64,000 nucleotides of DNA from an uncultured delta proteobacterium (GTDB taxonomy: Bacteria; Desulfobacterota; Desulfobacteria; Desulfobacterales; JAFDCJ01), in assembly GCA_963769935.1 (NCBI GenBank), contig CAVYNY010000016.1:320001-384000 (forward strand). Direction: 5' to 3'. The translations under genes and the position numbers were made by a program. Within the stretch, counting starts at the first letter, position 1, and every line of letters starts with the position of its first letter. This document shows, one piece after another, positions 20,317 through 30,053 of the stretch. Under the pieces are notes generated by a model that made no database searches, was not told where the DNA came from, and saw only the letters and a list, made by a program, of their open reading frames with translations.

Positions 20317-21138
20317 TCAGCGACGGCTGAGGACAAATTCAAGCACCGTCTGGTTGAACTTCTCCGGCTCTTCATAGAACGGCATGTGCCCGCTGTGTTC
20401 AAAGAACACTGTTTTGGCACCTGCGATCTTTTCGCCCACATACGCGCTGCCCTGCCACGGGAACACCTTCGACTGCCGCCCCACGCACACCAGCACCGGC
20501 AATTTGACCTGCGGGAACAGATCACGCCAATCCAAATGCGTGTGGTCGGCCATGATGTCGGCCCGCACTTTGGGCGGGCATTTGTCGATCTCCCGGGCAA
20601 GTGATTCGACTTCTTCAGTTGTCGGCTGATAGGTCCCGCCGAAACACCCGGTTACCAGTCCCCGGGCCACGCCTCCCGCGTCATATTCCAGCCGGACGGT
20701 GAGCACGGACAGGGCCTCGGCGTCATAGCAGCCCGGCTGCCCCCAGCGCCATGTTTCGTTGTAGTACTGCCGCGGCGACTGATCCACACTCACGTGCCCC
20801 GCGAGGTGTTCGTTCCCAAAAAGATCCAGGTAACTCCAGATAATGCCCGCCCCCATGGACCATCCCAGCACCGTGACCCGTTCCAGACCCAGGGCCTCAA
20901 TGAGATCCCTGACATCTTTGGCATAGCGCGCGATGCGATGTCCCCAGGTCACTTTCTCTGAGTCGCCGTGTGCACGCATGTCCGGGGCGATGACGCGGCA
21001 GGACTGCGCCAGGGGGGCAATATTTTTCCGGAAGAAGTTATGGGTACATGTCCACCCGGGGATCAAGATAAGCGGTGGACCTTCGCCGAAATCCTCATAA
21101 TAGAGTTGGACCCCATCATTGGTTGTGATAGTCGGCAT
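20317..21138 (-). CDS. Alpha/beta hydrolase (non-heme haloperoxidase/arylesterase-like)
   Basis: DMRAHGDS, GWSMG nucleophile elbow, SGHMPFYEEP. Confidence 0.92.
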   Translation of the reverse strand: MPTITTNDGVQLYYEDFGEGPPLILIPGWTCTHNFFRKNIAPLAQSCRVIAPDMRAHGDSEKVTWGHRIARYAKDVRDLIEALGLERVTVLGWSMGAGIIWSYLDLFGNEHLAGHVSVDQSPRQYYNETWRWGQPGCYDAEALSVLTVRLEYDAGGVARGLVTGCFGGTYQPTTEEVESLAREIDKCPPKVRADIMADHTHLDWRDLFPQVKLPVLVCVGRQSKVFPWQGSAYVGEKIAGAKTVFFEHSGHMPFYEEPEKFNQTVLEFVLSRR

Positions 21139-21331
21139 AACAATACGCTCCTTTCTGAAGTATACTGAAAACCGCGCCGAGCGCGAAACTGAGAGGCCGG
21201 GCGGGGGGCTAAAAATTAAATGATTTCAAATGCCCCAGCTTGCAAGGCTATAGAGCACCTTCATATTCGATTCGCCAGGCACGTTTCATGGAGCTTTTTT
21301 AACAAAACCCAGATAAACATGTCAATCCTTA

Positions 21332-21487
21332 GGGTTCACGAAAAAATTAATTCACAATTTTAGGCGTTGCGGCGCCCGGCTGGCAAGGCGTGAAAACGCA
21401 GGAACATCTGGATATTCCGAGCTTTCGCAACGCCGCCAAGCGGGATGCAGCGGCATATAAAATGTGAAGTTATTTCTGAGTGAGCCC
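21332..21487. mobile_element. MITE with ~30-bp imperfect TIRs and TTA flanks
   Basis: Left GGGTTCACGAAAAAATTAATTCACAATTTTA versus right (reverse complement) GGGCTCACTCAGAAATAACTTCACATTTTA; TTA on both sides; palindromic interior. Confidence 0.7.
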
Positions 21488-21809
21488 TTACTCACAAACC
21501 AAGATTTGACAACCGTTTTTTACGATTTACAATCTTACGGGCGGGATGGCTTCGTTGGGCGTGCCCGCGGCCGCGGGAGCCGAATACGCCTGCAATGACT
21601 TGAAAGCAACGACAATCCTGCCTTATGGATGACGAAGGAAAAAGTGGGTCTCAACTTTTGTCCTTCGTCATCGGTCGCCCGTTCCGCACGCCGGGTGGGG
21701 ACAATGCACCTGCAGGGTGAAACGCGGACCGAATGTCAATGATACTCGAATTTAATGAAAGGCAGGGTGTTGCAGCGGTAAGCGATCGCGAATGTCCCTG
21801 AACAGATAA

Positions 21810-22943
21810 ATGGCCATCGATTTTTCTGATATTCCGATTTTGGACCAGCATGCCCACTCGCTTCTGCGCCAACCACCGGCCGAGCTGCGTGATTGGCTGC
21901 AGTTTTTTACCGAAAGCGCCGATCCCGATATTATTTCCCATCACGTGCCCCACACACTGTTCTTCCAATTTGCCGTCAAGGCACTGGCCGGATTGCTGGG
22001 TTGCGAGCCGAAGCCGGAATCGGTTCTGGCGGAGCGTGACAAGCTGGGCCAGCAAGGCTGGGCCGAGCGCGTGATTCGAGATGCCAACATCACCGGCATG
22101 CTGATGGATTACGGCTTCCAAAGTGAAGGAAGCTATACGCACAAAGAACTTACCAAATTGCTCCCCTGCCGGGTTGAGCCGATTTTACGCTTGGAGACGT
22201 TGGCCCAGAAACTGATTTTGCAGTACGAAACATGGGACCAGGTGCTCGATGCATTTATCGCTGAGGTCGAAGGCGCGAAAAAGGCCGGCTATGTTGCGCT
22301 CAAGAGCATCATCGCCTACCGTACCGGCCTGAACATCCGTGAGTGGCCGCGCAGTGAAGTTAAGGCCGCCTTTGGGCAGACAAAGGAGTTGGCCCGGCGC
22401 CAGGGCCAAATTCGCCTGGCGACCCAGCCGCTCAACGACACCCTTGTCATTCACGCGCTGGACATATCCGAAAGCCAGGGTTTGCCGTTCCAGTTTCATA
22501 CGGGTTTCGGCGACGCGGACGTCGACTTGCGCCTGGCCAATCCGCTCAACTTTCGGCCTTTGCTTCAAAGCGCCAAATACACGCATGTGCCCTGGGTGCT
22601 TTTGCATCAGGGATACCCCTATGTCCGCGAGGCCGGCTATCTGGCCGGCATCTATGCAAATGTCTACACTGACTTATCGCTGGCAATCCCTTTTGCGGTG
22701 AGCGAGACCGACATGCTGCTGACCCAGCTCCTGGGTTTGGCGCCGACCAGCAAACTGCTGTATGCCTCTGACGGTTTCAGCGTGCCTGAGCTATTCTGGC
22801 TGGGGGCTAAAGCGGCCCGCGCCGGGCTGGAACGCGTGCTCGGTCTTCAAGTTGACAACGGGGTGCTCAGCGTCGGTGAAGCATATACGACGGCCGAGCA
22901 AATATTGTTCCGAAACAGTGAACGGCTCTATCTTCTGAAATAA
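21810..22943 (+). CDS. Amidohydrolase family protein (FluG N-terminal-like)
   Basis: LDQHAH, LKSIIAYRTGL, QFHTGFGD, LLHQGYP and YASDG metal-binding motifs. Confidence 0.9.
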   Translation: MAIDFSDIPILDQHAHSLLRQPPAELRDWLQFFTESADPDIISHHVPHTLFFQFAVKALAGLLGCEPKPESVLAERDKLGQQGWAERVIRDANITGMLMDYGFQSEGSYTHKELTKLLPCRVEPILRLETLAQKLILQYETWDQVLDAFIAEVEGAKKAGYVALKSIIAYRTGLNIREWPRSEVKAAFGQTKELARRQGQIRLATQPLNDTLVIHALDISESQGLPFQFHTGFGDADVDLRLANPLNFRPLLQSAKYTHVPWVLLHQGYPYVREAGYLAGIYANVYTDLSLAIPFAVSETDMLLTQLLGLAPTSKLLYASDGFSVPELFWLGAKAARAGLERVLGLQVDNGVLSVGEAYTTAEQILFRNSERLYLLK

Positions 22944-23009
22944 TCTTTCCGATCATTACCTCACGGGGTAATAAGTAGGATTCATGGATCACTATCCCAC
23001 AATTGGGAA

Positions 23010-23153
23010 TTAGTTTTGGGCAATCTTTTCCCAAACAAGCTGCACCAGATCTTCTCCACCCCCTCCGGCATAAGCACGCACAAGGTACTGTTTCACCATC
23101 CTCGTCGAGTTGAAATAAGATGCATTGACGGCTATCGTGCTTCTCATAACCTG
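23010..23153 (-). pseudogene. Alpha-glucan phosphorylase C-terminal remnant
   Basis: Manual translation QVMRSTIAVNASYFNSTRMVKQYLVRAY matches the GlgP-type FNxxRMxxxY C-terminus. Confidence 0.6.
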
Positions 23154-23189
23154 AAGATAACCCGGCGGGTTGTTGTAAAGTAAAGATCC

Positions 23190-23500
23190 GGGTCCAGAGG
23201 CCCCGCCGAAGGCGGGGTTTGACTACACCCCGGAGGGGTGGTGTTGGCCGTTCGAGAACCCATGGAATAATGGAATACTGGGGATCAAAAGCGGCTGCTG
23301 GACTGATTTTATTTTCTGGTCTTTGCCAGCCACATAAAAAAGATCTAATTCCGCCAAACCCAGTATTCCAACATTCCAATATTCCATCACTCCACGGCTT
23401 ACGTAACGGCCAAGCCAATTTCCTATGACCTGGCCCGGCTTCCGGCCCGTAGGGCCTACAGCCCGGAGGGAGAACCAGGTTTTCAATGTTAGAATAACAC
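23190..23500. repeat. Composite palindromic repeat with 8-mer arms and nested mini-hairpins
   Basis: TGGAATAA-TGGAATAC-TGG can pair with CCAGTATT-CCAACATT-CCAATATT-CCATCACT-CCA; two ...CCCGGAGGG modules inside. Confidence 0.7.
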
Positions 23501-23909
23501 CAATCCACCCCCATCCACTCGATAAAAATCCGTATTTTCGAAAGTAAGGACGAGAAGAAACTGCCTCAATCCAAGCCTAATCAAAAATATGGTACTATTT
23601 GTCATCAGTAACGACTCATTACAAAAAAACAAATAGACAAAAATATGTATTTTGGCTTTTTTTTTAGCGTATGCGCGAATTTAGGCGACCTATTGAAAAT
23701 TCCTGCTGGATGTGAGTTGAAAACCGCAGATTCAATGAGGATATCTGGTTTAATCTTTAACTGAATATTCACTTATACAGTCCCGCAGAGTAGGGTTATT
23801 TTCTCATATAAATAGGTGATTGACCCTATTTTCTTAAGGCCATTAAAGAATTATCATACATACAAATGCCGTTAAGGCCGCATTTTTTTCAACCCAGCGC
23901 TGACAGTGT

Positions 23910-24287
23910 GTGCATTTAACTCTGATTGTACCAATGGTTCCAATCAACAATCAGAATTCACATCTAATCCCAATTTTTAATCTGCTGCAGCAAAAAGAAG
24001 AATATCAGAAGAAGATGGAAGCCAAACTGCAAAAATTTGACCAAGATATACAGCAACTACAGGACAAGGTTCAATCCAAAGCGTCCGACCTGAAAGAGGA
24101 AAGCAAAGCGAAATTTAATCAGGCCTTGGAAGAGTTACAGAAAAAAAAGCAGGAGGTCTCTGATAAGTTGACGGAACTTAAGTCTGCAACCGGCAAAGCG
24201 TGGGATGACACGAAGGCCGGTGTGGATTCGGCCATGGACGAGTTGGGCAAAGCATACAACCAGGCACGTTCGCACTTTGAATCATGA
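23910..24287 (+). CDS. Coiled-coil protein (sll1863-like stress protein); start uncertain
   Basis: KEEYQKKMEAKL...LKSATGKAWDDTKAGVDSAMDEL pattern. Confidence 0.7.
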   Translation: MHLTLIVPMVPINNQNSHLIPIFNLLQQKEEYQKKMEAKLQKFDQDIQQLQDKVQSKASDLKEESKAKFNQALEELQKKKQEVSDKLTELKSATGKAWDDTKAGVDSAMDELGKAYNQARSHFES

Positions 24288-24358
24288 AAGCAAAGGAAAA
24301 CTGACACCATTCATAGCTTCAAATTTTCTTATACCTGAAATTGACTATTTCGCTTTAA

Positions 24359-25816
24359 GTGAATTTCATTGAGGCATCTGTTCTTCTATTCGGCCAATTT
24401 AATATGAACCGGTCCTGGATTAGTATCATTTGCAAGCTGCTTGTCATCCTTAATTCAGGAATTTTCTTTGCATTCATCAGCGGTTGTGGTCCTTCGCTGC
24501 CGCCTATCGACGATGTCATCCTTGAGGCATCAGAATCAAACAGATTTCCTGAAATCATAGGTCCTCAGGGCCCTCTGCCGAACTTCGAAGCTAAAGCGAT
24601 CATCAAAACGCTCGAACAAAAGACTTGGTGGAGCGACATTTTACGGCGACAAATTTCGCTGGCCGAATTGATCGGGGGGTCACCCTTATCAGCCGGCAAC
24701 AAAGCCACCTTGCTGGTGGACACTTCCTCCACCTATGCCGCCATGCGAGAGATAATTCGAAACGCGAAGGATCATATCAACTTTGAAACTTATATTTTTG
24801 ATAACGGTGAAACCGGCCGGGAGTTAGCCGATTTGTTGCTTGAAAAACAGGCCGCGGGAGTGCAGGTCAACCTCATTTATGACAGCTTTGGCTGTTTAAG
24901 CACTCCGGCAGCCTTCTTTCAGCGCCTTCGCGACGGTGGTGTAAAGACCCTCGAGTTCAATCCAATCAATCCTTTGGCAAGGTCGCGCGGCAGCGATTAC
25001 CCCCTTGAGAGAGATCACCGCAAGATCCTGATAGTCGACGGTTCAATCGCAATAACCGGCGGCGTAAACATCGGTTCCCGTGTCTCTGAAAGTCTGCAGG
25101 GTGAATATCCACAAGAAGTTAAGCGCAGACCGTGGCGGGATACCGATGTTCAAATTGAAGGTCCGGCCGTAGCCGAGTTTCAGCGGCTTTTCCTGCACAC
25201 GTGGGCAAGACACGATGGACCTCCGCTTGCGCCGAGCAAATTTTTCCCTCCCCTTAAGAAAAGCGGAGATCAACTGGTAAGAGTTGTAGGCAGCAGTCCG
25301 GGCGAGAAAAACCGACTCACATACATGATGTATGCCGGTGCCGTCACCTTTGCTGAAAGTTCCGTCCACATCACCGCTGCTTACTTTGTGCCAGACAAAG
25401 AGGTTGTCCGGGCGCTCACCGAGGCCGCTGCGCGCGGTGTAGACGTGAAGCTTATCCTGCCGTCAACCAGCGATCATTCTTTAGTTTTCAGCGCCGGCCG
25501 ATCTTATTATACCCAGCTGCTGAAATCGGGGATTAGGTTGTATGAGCGCCGCAACAGGCTGCTGCATGCCAAGACCGCGGTTATAGACGGGGTCTGGTCT
25601 ACGGTTGGATCAACCAACATGGACCTGTGGAGTTTTTTGAGAAATGACGAGGTCAACGCGGTGATTCTCGGCAGGGGTTTTGCAACCCAAATGGAAGCGA
25701 TGTTTGCAAACGACTTGGAAAAATCGAATCAGATTACTCTGGACAAATGGGAAAAGCGTCCATTGACAGACCGTATCGCGGAGTGGTTTGGGCGTCTTTT
25801 CGCTTATTGGTTCTAA
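24359..25816 (+). CDS. cls: Cardiolipin synthase (phospholipase D family)
   Basis: Two HKD motifs, HRKILIVD and HAKTAVID; WRDT; YFVP; GSTNMD. Confidence 0.9.
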   Translation: MNFIEASVLLFGQFNMNRSWISIICKLLVILNSGIFFAFISGCGPSLPPIDDVILEASESNRFPEIIGPQGPLPNFEAKAIIKTLEQKTWWSDILRRQISLAELIGGSPLSAGNKATLLVDTSSTYAAMREIIRNAKDHINFETYIFDNGETGRELADLLLEKQAAGVQVNLIYDSFGCLSTPAAFFQRLRDGGVKTLEFNPINPLARSRGSDYPLERDHRKILIVDGSIAITGGVNIGSRVSESLQGEYPQEVKRRPWRDTDVQIEGPAVAEFQRLFLHTWARHDGPPLAPSKFFPPLKKSGDQLVRVVGSSPGEKNRLTYMMYAGAVTFAESSVHITAAYFVPDKEVVRALTEAAARGVDVKLILPSTSDHSLVFSAGRSYYTQLLKSGIRLYERRNRLLHAKTAVIDGVWSTVGSTNMDLWSFLRNDEVNAVILGRGFATQMEAMFANDLEKSNQITLDKWEKRPLTDRIAEWFGRLFAYWF

Positions 25817-26070
25817 AATTCATAATATTGCGCTTGTTGAATGCCAAATAAAAATTGTCTATATCGGCCTATTTTAGAGGGCCGAATTGGCAATTGTTCG
25901 TTCCATATCAAATACTTCGCGTGACCCGACCCTCGAACCTCTCTTTTCACTTTTAATTTGCAGCTATCACACCGGGCTTTGCGATACAATCAAATAGATT
26001 GAATATCAAGTCTCTGCTTGACTCGGAGTTGCCGAAGGATTCCGGATGGCAAGCGGGCCGCGGTTGCTGT

Positions 26071-26511
26071 CTATGATCCAAGCAAACACTTCTCTGACCT
26101 GTTGTGTCCCTCATAATACCGCGCTTCAATGAGGTTTCTTTGCGGGTCTCGAAAATAAATGGAAGTCCCGGTACCGTGTGCACCCCATCGTGGAACAGGC
26201 CCTTCCTCTATATCAACATTGTTGGCCTTGAGTCGCTCTCGTAGTTCCTCCCATGTCTCTTTACTCAGAGCAATACAGAAATGATTTAAATTGTCACGGC
26301 CCTTCCCGGTCGTCGAGCTTTTCTGCCATAACTTTTTCGGAAACAGGTCTATAATCGTATCTGAATTCAGTCGCACAGACGGAAATGGTACTTTCCCTGC
26401 GCGGTACTCCTTCAATCGCTCAGAAGCAAGCATCAATACTTTCGAATAGAAAGCAATCATCTTTTCATCGTCTTCCATATTCAAAACTATGTGATCCATT
26501 AAACATTGCAT
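26071..26511 (-). CDS. VOC/glyoxalase family protein
   Basis: MDHIVLN, FYSKVL, GAHGTGTSIYFRDPQRNLIE; GGAGG RBS. Confidence 0.9.
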   Translation of the reverse strand: MQCLMDHIVLNMEDDEKMIAFYSKVLMLASERLKEYRAGKVPFPSVRLNSDTIIDLFPKKLWQKSSTTGKGRDNLNHFCIALSKETWEELRERLKANNVDIEEGPVPRWGAHGTGTSIYFRDPQRNLIEARYYEGHNRSEKCLLGS

Positions 26512-26593
26512 AGTCAGTCCCTCCAATATTTTCCGCCAGTAAGCAGCGGCCCGAATTAATTCCAAATCTGCAATGCCTTTGCGTAAAACCGCT

Positions 26594-26629
26594 ACCTATA
26601 CGCCGTCTGCACCAGTGGCCTTGTTATGT
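26594..26629 (-). other. Collapsed attC-like site upstream of the VOC gene
   Basis: Minus strand ACATAAC-AAGGCCACTG/GTGCAGACGGC-GTATAGGT: attC-like ends with the centre missing. Confidence 0.4.
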
Positions 26630-27017
26630 TCTCCACCATCCCATCTTTTGTGATATGCTTTCGGACAGGATACCGCCGAGTCGATCTAAAAAATCATCAC
26701 GGGCGGGGTCAACGAAAAAAACTTTCTTCGATTAATTGCCCTCACAATGATATGATGCAGCGCTCCGCGAGCTTCTGTGTGGGCTTTTCGAAGCATGTCA
26801 ACCAGGTATCAAATAAATCCGAATTGGTAATCCGTAAATCCGAGGAACGTCCCCGATAGCTCCTCGATAGCTCCTAATTTACCCTCTGTACCCTGCAAAT
26901 TTCTACTTGCAGGGTGACTCTGACCTCCCCAGCACACAAGCTTTACCCATATGCACAACCGGACTTCTTGAACAATGGATTGAAAACGACCTTGCAGGTC
27001 GTGTCAATCCCTATGGG

Positions 27018-27494
27018 TTAGGCAACACTCGGTGCGCCGAGTACGGCGGCCTGGTACTGGCTGAGAAGCTGGGGGTCATCTATGGAGCCATGGTGATGCA
27101 CCTGGCGCCACGAGCCATTGACCTTCGAGAAGATGCGAGAGGTGCGAATGGCCAGGGGCAGATCGAGGCTCTGGACGCGGAAGTGACCGCGCTCGCGGCC
27201 AACCGCATAGAACATTTCGGGCGACTCATGGATGGTGTAGTCCCAGAACTCGACGTAGACCTGTGCCGAACCCGTGAAGAGGCGCTCGTAGACGGGACGG
27301 ATAGAGTCCCAGCCGCGCTTGATGCCACCGAGTGGGTTGTCCATGGCAATGTCCTCGGAAGAGGCCCAGTTCGCTGCCATAAGCGACATATCCCGGCCGT
27401 TGAAGGCACGGTAGAACTGAACGAGAGCCAGATAGGATGACGGCTGGCCGGCGTCGGGTTCTGTGCCGGTGATCGCTGACTGGATGGTATTCAT
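27018..27494 (-). CDS. NTF2/SnoaL-like (YybH-type) protein, first integron cassette
   Basis: FYRAFN...MDNPLGGIKRGW...WRQVHHHGS; framed by core GTTAGGC (27516-27510) and inverse core GCCTAAC containing the stop (27023-27017). Confidence 0.88.
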   Translation of the reverse strand: MNTIQSAITGTEPDAGQPSSYLALVQFYRAFNGRDMSLMAANWASSEDIAMDNPLGGIKRGWDSIRPVYERLFTGSAQVYVEFWDYTIHESPEMFYAVGRERGHFRVQSLDLPLAIRTSRIFSKVNGSWRQVHHHGSIDDPQLLSQYQAAVLGAPSVA

Positions 27495-27509
27495 GAGGTC
27501 TCCTGTGTT

Positions 27510-27562
27510 GCCTAACAAGTGATTAAGTGGTTTCCGTTTATCATGCGAAAGTTGAATAAACC
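27510..27562 (-). other. attI-like recombination site
   Basis: GTTAGGC core (GTTRRRY) between the divergent intI start and the first cassette RBS/ATG. Confidence 0.65.
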
Positions 27563-27676
27563 TGTTGTTTAATTCCAATATTTAAAAATAATTGACAACG
27601 AATATTTGAATTATAGCAGTTTTCTAACTGTTTAACACTCTATAAATCACATTAAACGGAGGCTGGATAAGTACCA

Positions 27677-28532
27677 ATGAGAAAATTGCCTGCCGAACTG
27701 TTATCATCCTACAAAGTCTTGTTAGTTTCAAAAAATATTCCTGAAGGATATCACGCCCATTATCTGAAATGGCTGCGATACTATTTGGATTTTTGTAATA
27801 AATATCAATTCAACGAATCCAATCCGAAAAGCCTCCCGGATTTTATCGGGAAATTAAACAGAAAAAAGGCAATCTGCCGCTCAACAAAAACAGGCCGATT
27901 TGGCGGTCCGTTTTTATTACGAAATAATTCAGGCAGAACATGATGAATCCCGGGAAAAATCTAACCGAAAACCGGAATCTCCTTTAATCATTAAAGAAAA
28001 TCCAAAATCTTTCCAGCCGCTTTCTTTTAAAGCCAAATTTAAGCCAAGTTCAAGCAAGCAAGCTCCAGAGAAGAAAATTGCAGCTTATAAAAATCTTAAT
28101 GAAAAATGGAACGTCACCCTAAACGACCTGGCCAATGAAATAAAGGTCAGGCACTATTCACCAAAGACGCTGAAATCCTATTCCACAAAAAAGTACAAAA
28201 ACTGCGCCAAAGAGTTTGTTTGGCAGTGGTTTTTTCCTGCCAAAACGCTCACATTTGTTCCCGAGACCAGGGAATACCGCCGATATCATCTCCACGAAAC
28301 TCACGTTCAAAAAGCTATCAAGCGGGCGGTCAACAAAGCCAAAATCCCCAAACGGGCCACGTCTCATACCTTCCGCCACAGTTACGCCAGCCATTTGCTG
28401 CAGGCCAACTACGACATCCGCACGATACAGGAGCTGCTAGGCCACAGCGATGTCAGAACCACCATGATTTATACCCATACCGTCAAAAGCGTCACCATCA
28501 AAGAGGCCAGAAGCCCGCTGGATTTCGAGTGA
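27677..28532 (+). pseudogene. intI: Integron integrase, frameshifted and internally deleted
   Basis: N-terminal SAM-like domains ([22 protein letters not shown]), integron-type insertion [48 protein letters not shown]; frameshift in an A-run near 27860; box I Arg region missing at ~28185. Confidence 0.88.
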
Positions 28533-28998
28533 TTTCATGAACCGGTATTAACGCCCTGCTGGCTGGATTCTGGTTAATGGTTTGGGAATGCCAGCTTGAT
28601 GTTCAACGAGATTCAGAGGCGGTTTTTTATCGCTTCAAAAACAATCATCCCGAATTCCAGAGATCGCTTTCTATGTAACTTTTTTCGTAAAATTTTTCAA
28701 TATTACAGCTACTTGCCCGAAATCGGCAATGTAAACAGGGTAAGGAACCGGGGAAAAAATACACGCATCCGCTCGTCTGGAGTTCCATTCCAATGCCATG
28801 CTGGGGGCCCACCCAAATCCATTATCTAAGCGCGTGTATTTTTTATGTAAAACTGCTTTGCAGTTTTATTTCGGGGTGAGAATTTTAGACTTGTTTTTTA
28901 ATAATAGCCGAAAAAATGTTAGATGTAAATCCGCATTTATACTCATAATCAAATGCGTATTAATACCTAACGATTGAGTAGAAATACCTAATCTCGAG

Positions 28999-29285
28999 AA
29001 GGCTAAAGGTTAAAGGAGAAAGGTTAAAGGATAAGGTGCTGCTTGAATCGGGGAGGCGGTGAAACGGAGAATCGGGGAAACGGCGAAAAGAAAGAAGGTG
29101 AGAAGATCAGAAGCCCAGATTAAGAAACTGGGAAACGGCGGGAAAGAAAGAAGGTGGGAGACGAATAGAGGGCCAGAAGGTGAGAGGGTGCGAGGGTGGG
29201 AAAGGGATAGAAGATCAGAAGCTGAGAAGATCAGATTAAAAAACGGTATTGAAAGGATACAATGGAGAAACGGAGAGTGGTGGTG
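28999..29285 (+). repeat. Purine-rich 7-mer/8-mer tandem repeat tract
   Basis: AAGGCTA AAGGTTA AAGGAGA AAGGTTA AAGGATA, then GAATCGGG/GAAACGGA-type and GAAGATCA/GAAGGTGA-type 8-mers. Confidence 0.8.
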
Positions 29286-29301
29286 AGTTTTTCTCAATTT
29301 A

Positions 29302-29348
29302 TTGACATCATCCAGCTGCATGATATATATTTTGGTATCTATCAAAAT
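29302..29348 (+). promoter_or_regulatory. vapBC promoter with overlapping palindromic operator
   Basis: TTGACA at 29302-29307, TGnTATATA/TATATT -10 region, inverted repeat GATATATA...TATCTATC. Confidence 0.5.
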
Positions 29349-29364
29349 CAACCGGAGGTGTCCC

Positions 29365-29595
29365 ATGCAAACTGCAAAATTATTCATTAATGGCCGCAGC
29401 CAGGCTGTAAGACTGCCAAAAGATTTCAGGTTCTCCGGCAATGACGTTTTTATAAAAAAAATCGGAAAGATGGTCGTCCTTTTCCCAAAAGAAGACCCCT
29501 GGTCCTCATTGGTCAATAGCCTTGATCAGTTTACCGAAGACTTTATGAACGACAGAAATCAACCTAATCAGGATTCTCGGGAAAATTTCCGATGA
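29365..29595 (+). CDS. vapB: VapB/VagC antitoxin (AbrB fold)
   Basis: MQTAKLFINGRSQAVRLPKDFRF; GGAGG RBS. Confidence 0.93.
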   Translation: MQTAKLFINGRSQAVRLPKDFRFSGNDVFIKKIGKMVVLFPKEDPWSSLVNSLDQFTEDFMNDRNQPNQDSRENFR

Positions 29596-30053
29596 AATTC
29601 ATGCTTGATACAAATATTTGCATTTATATCATAAAGCGAAAACCACCTGTTGTAATAGAACATTTCAGGCAAACTAAAATTTCTCAAATCGGCGTCTCTG
29701 CGATTACACTCAGCGAACTTTCATATGGTGTTTCGAAGAGTTCAAAGCCGGGACAGAATCAAGTGGCTTTGGCTCAGTTCATTGCGCCGCTTGAGATCTT
29801 GCCCTATGGCGATGATGCCGCTCAATATTACGGCAATCTTAGAACTCATTTGGAAAAACAAGGAACGACCATTGGTTCTCTTGATATGCTAATCGCCGCT
29901 CATGCTCTTTCAATTGGCTGTACCCTAGTTACCAACAATGTGAAAGAATTTGTCCGAATACCGAATTTAAAGGTCGAAAACTGGGTGAAGGATAGAAACG
30001 GACGCACACCTCGGCGCTTAGCGCAAACCGCGCAAATTCTCCCGTCTGGATGA
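29592..30053 (+). CDS. vapC: VapC PIN-domain toxin; C-terminus extended by loss of the natural stop
   Basis: MLDTNICIY, DMLIAAHA, LVTNNVKEF...ENWV followed by an unrelated tail. Confidence 0.92.
   Translation: MKFMLDTNICIYIIKRKPPVVIEHFRQTKISQIGVSAITLSELSYGVSKSSKPGQNQVALAQFIAPLEILPYGDDAAQYYGNLRTHLEKQGTTIGSLDMLIAAHALSIGCTLVTNNVKEFVRIPNLKVENWVKDRNGRTPRRLAQTAQILPSG

Noticed and set aside
27663..27678. LexA box upstream of intI
   Set aside because: CTG half-site only; no CAG at the canonical spacing
28999..29285. CRISPR array
   Set aside because: Units are 7-8 nt and degenerate, there is no constant repeat with unique spacers, and no cas genes are present
29010..29516. Hydrophobic-looking minus-strand ORF (also 33647-33955 N-terminus and 22867-23514)
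   Set aside because: These are translations of low-complexity repeat tracts, not genes
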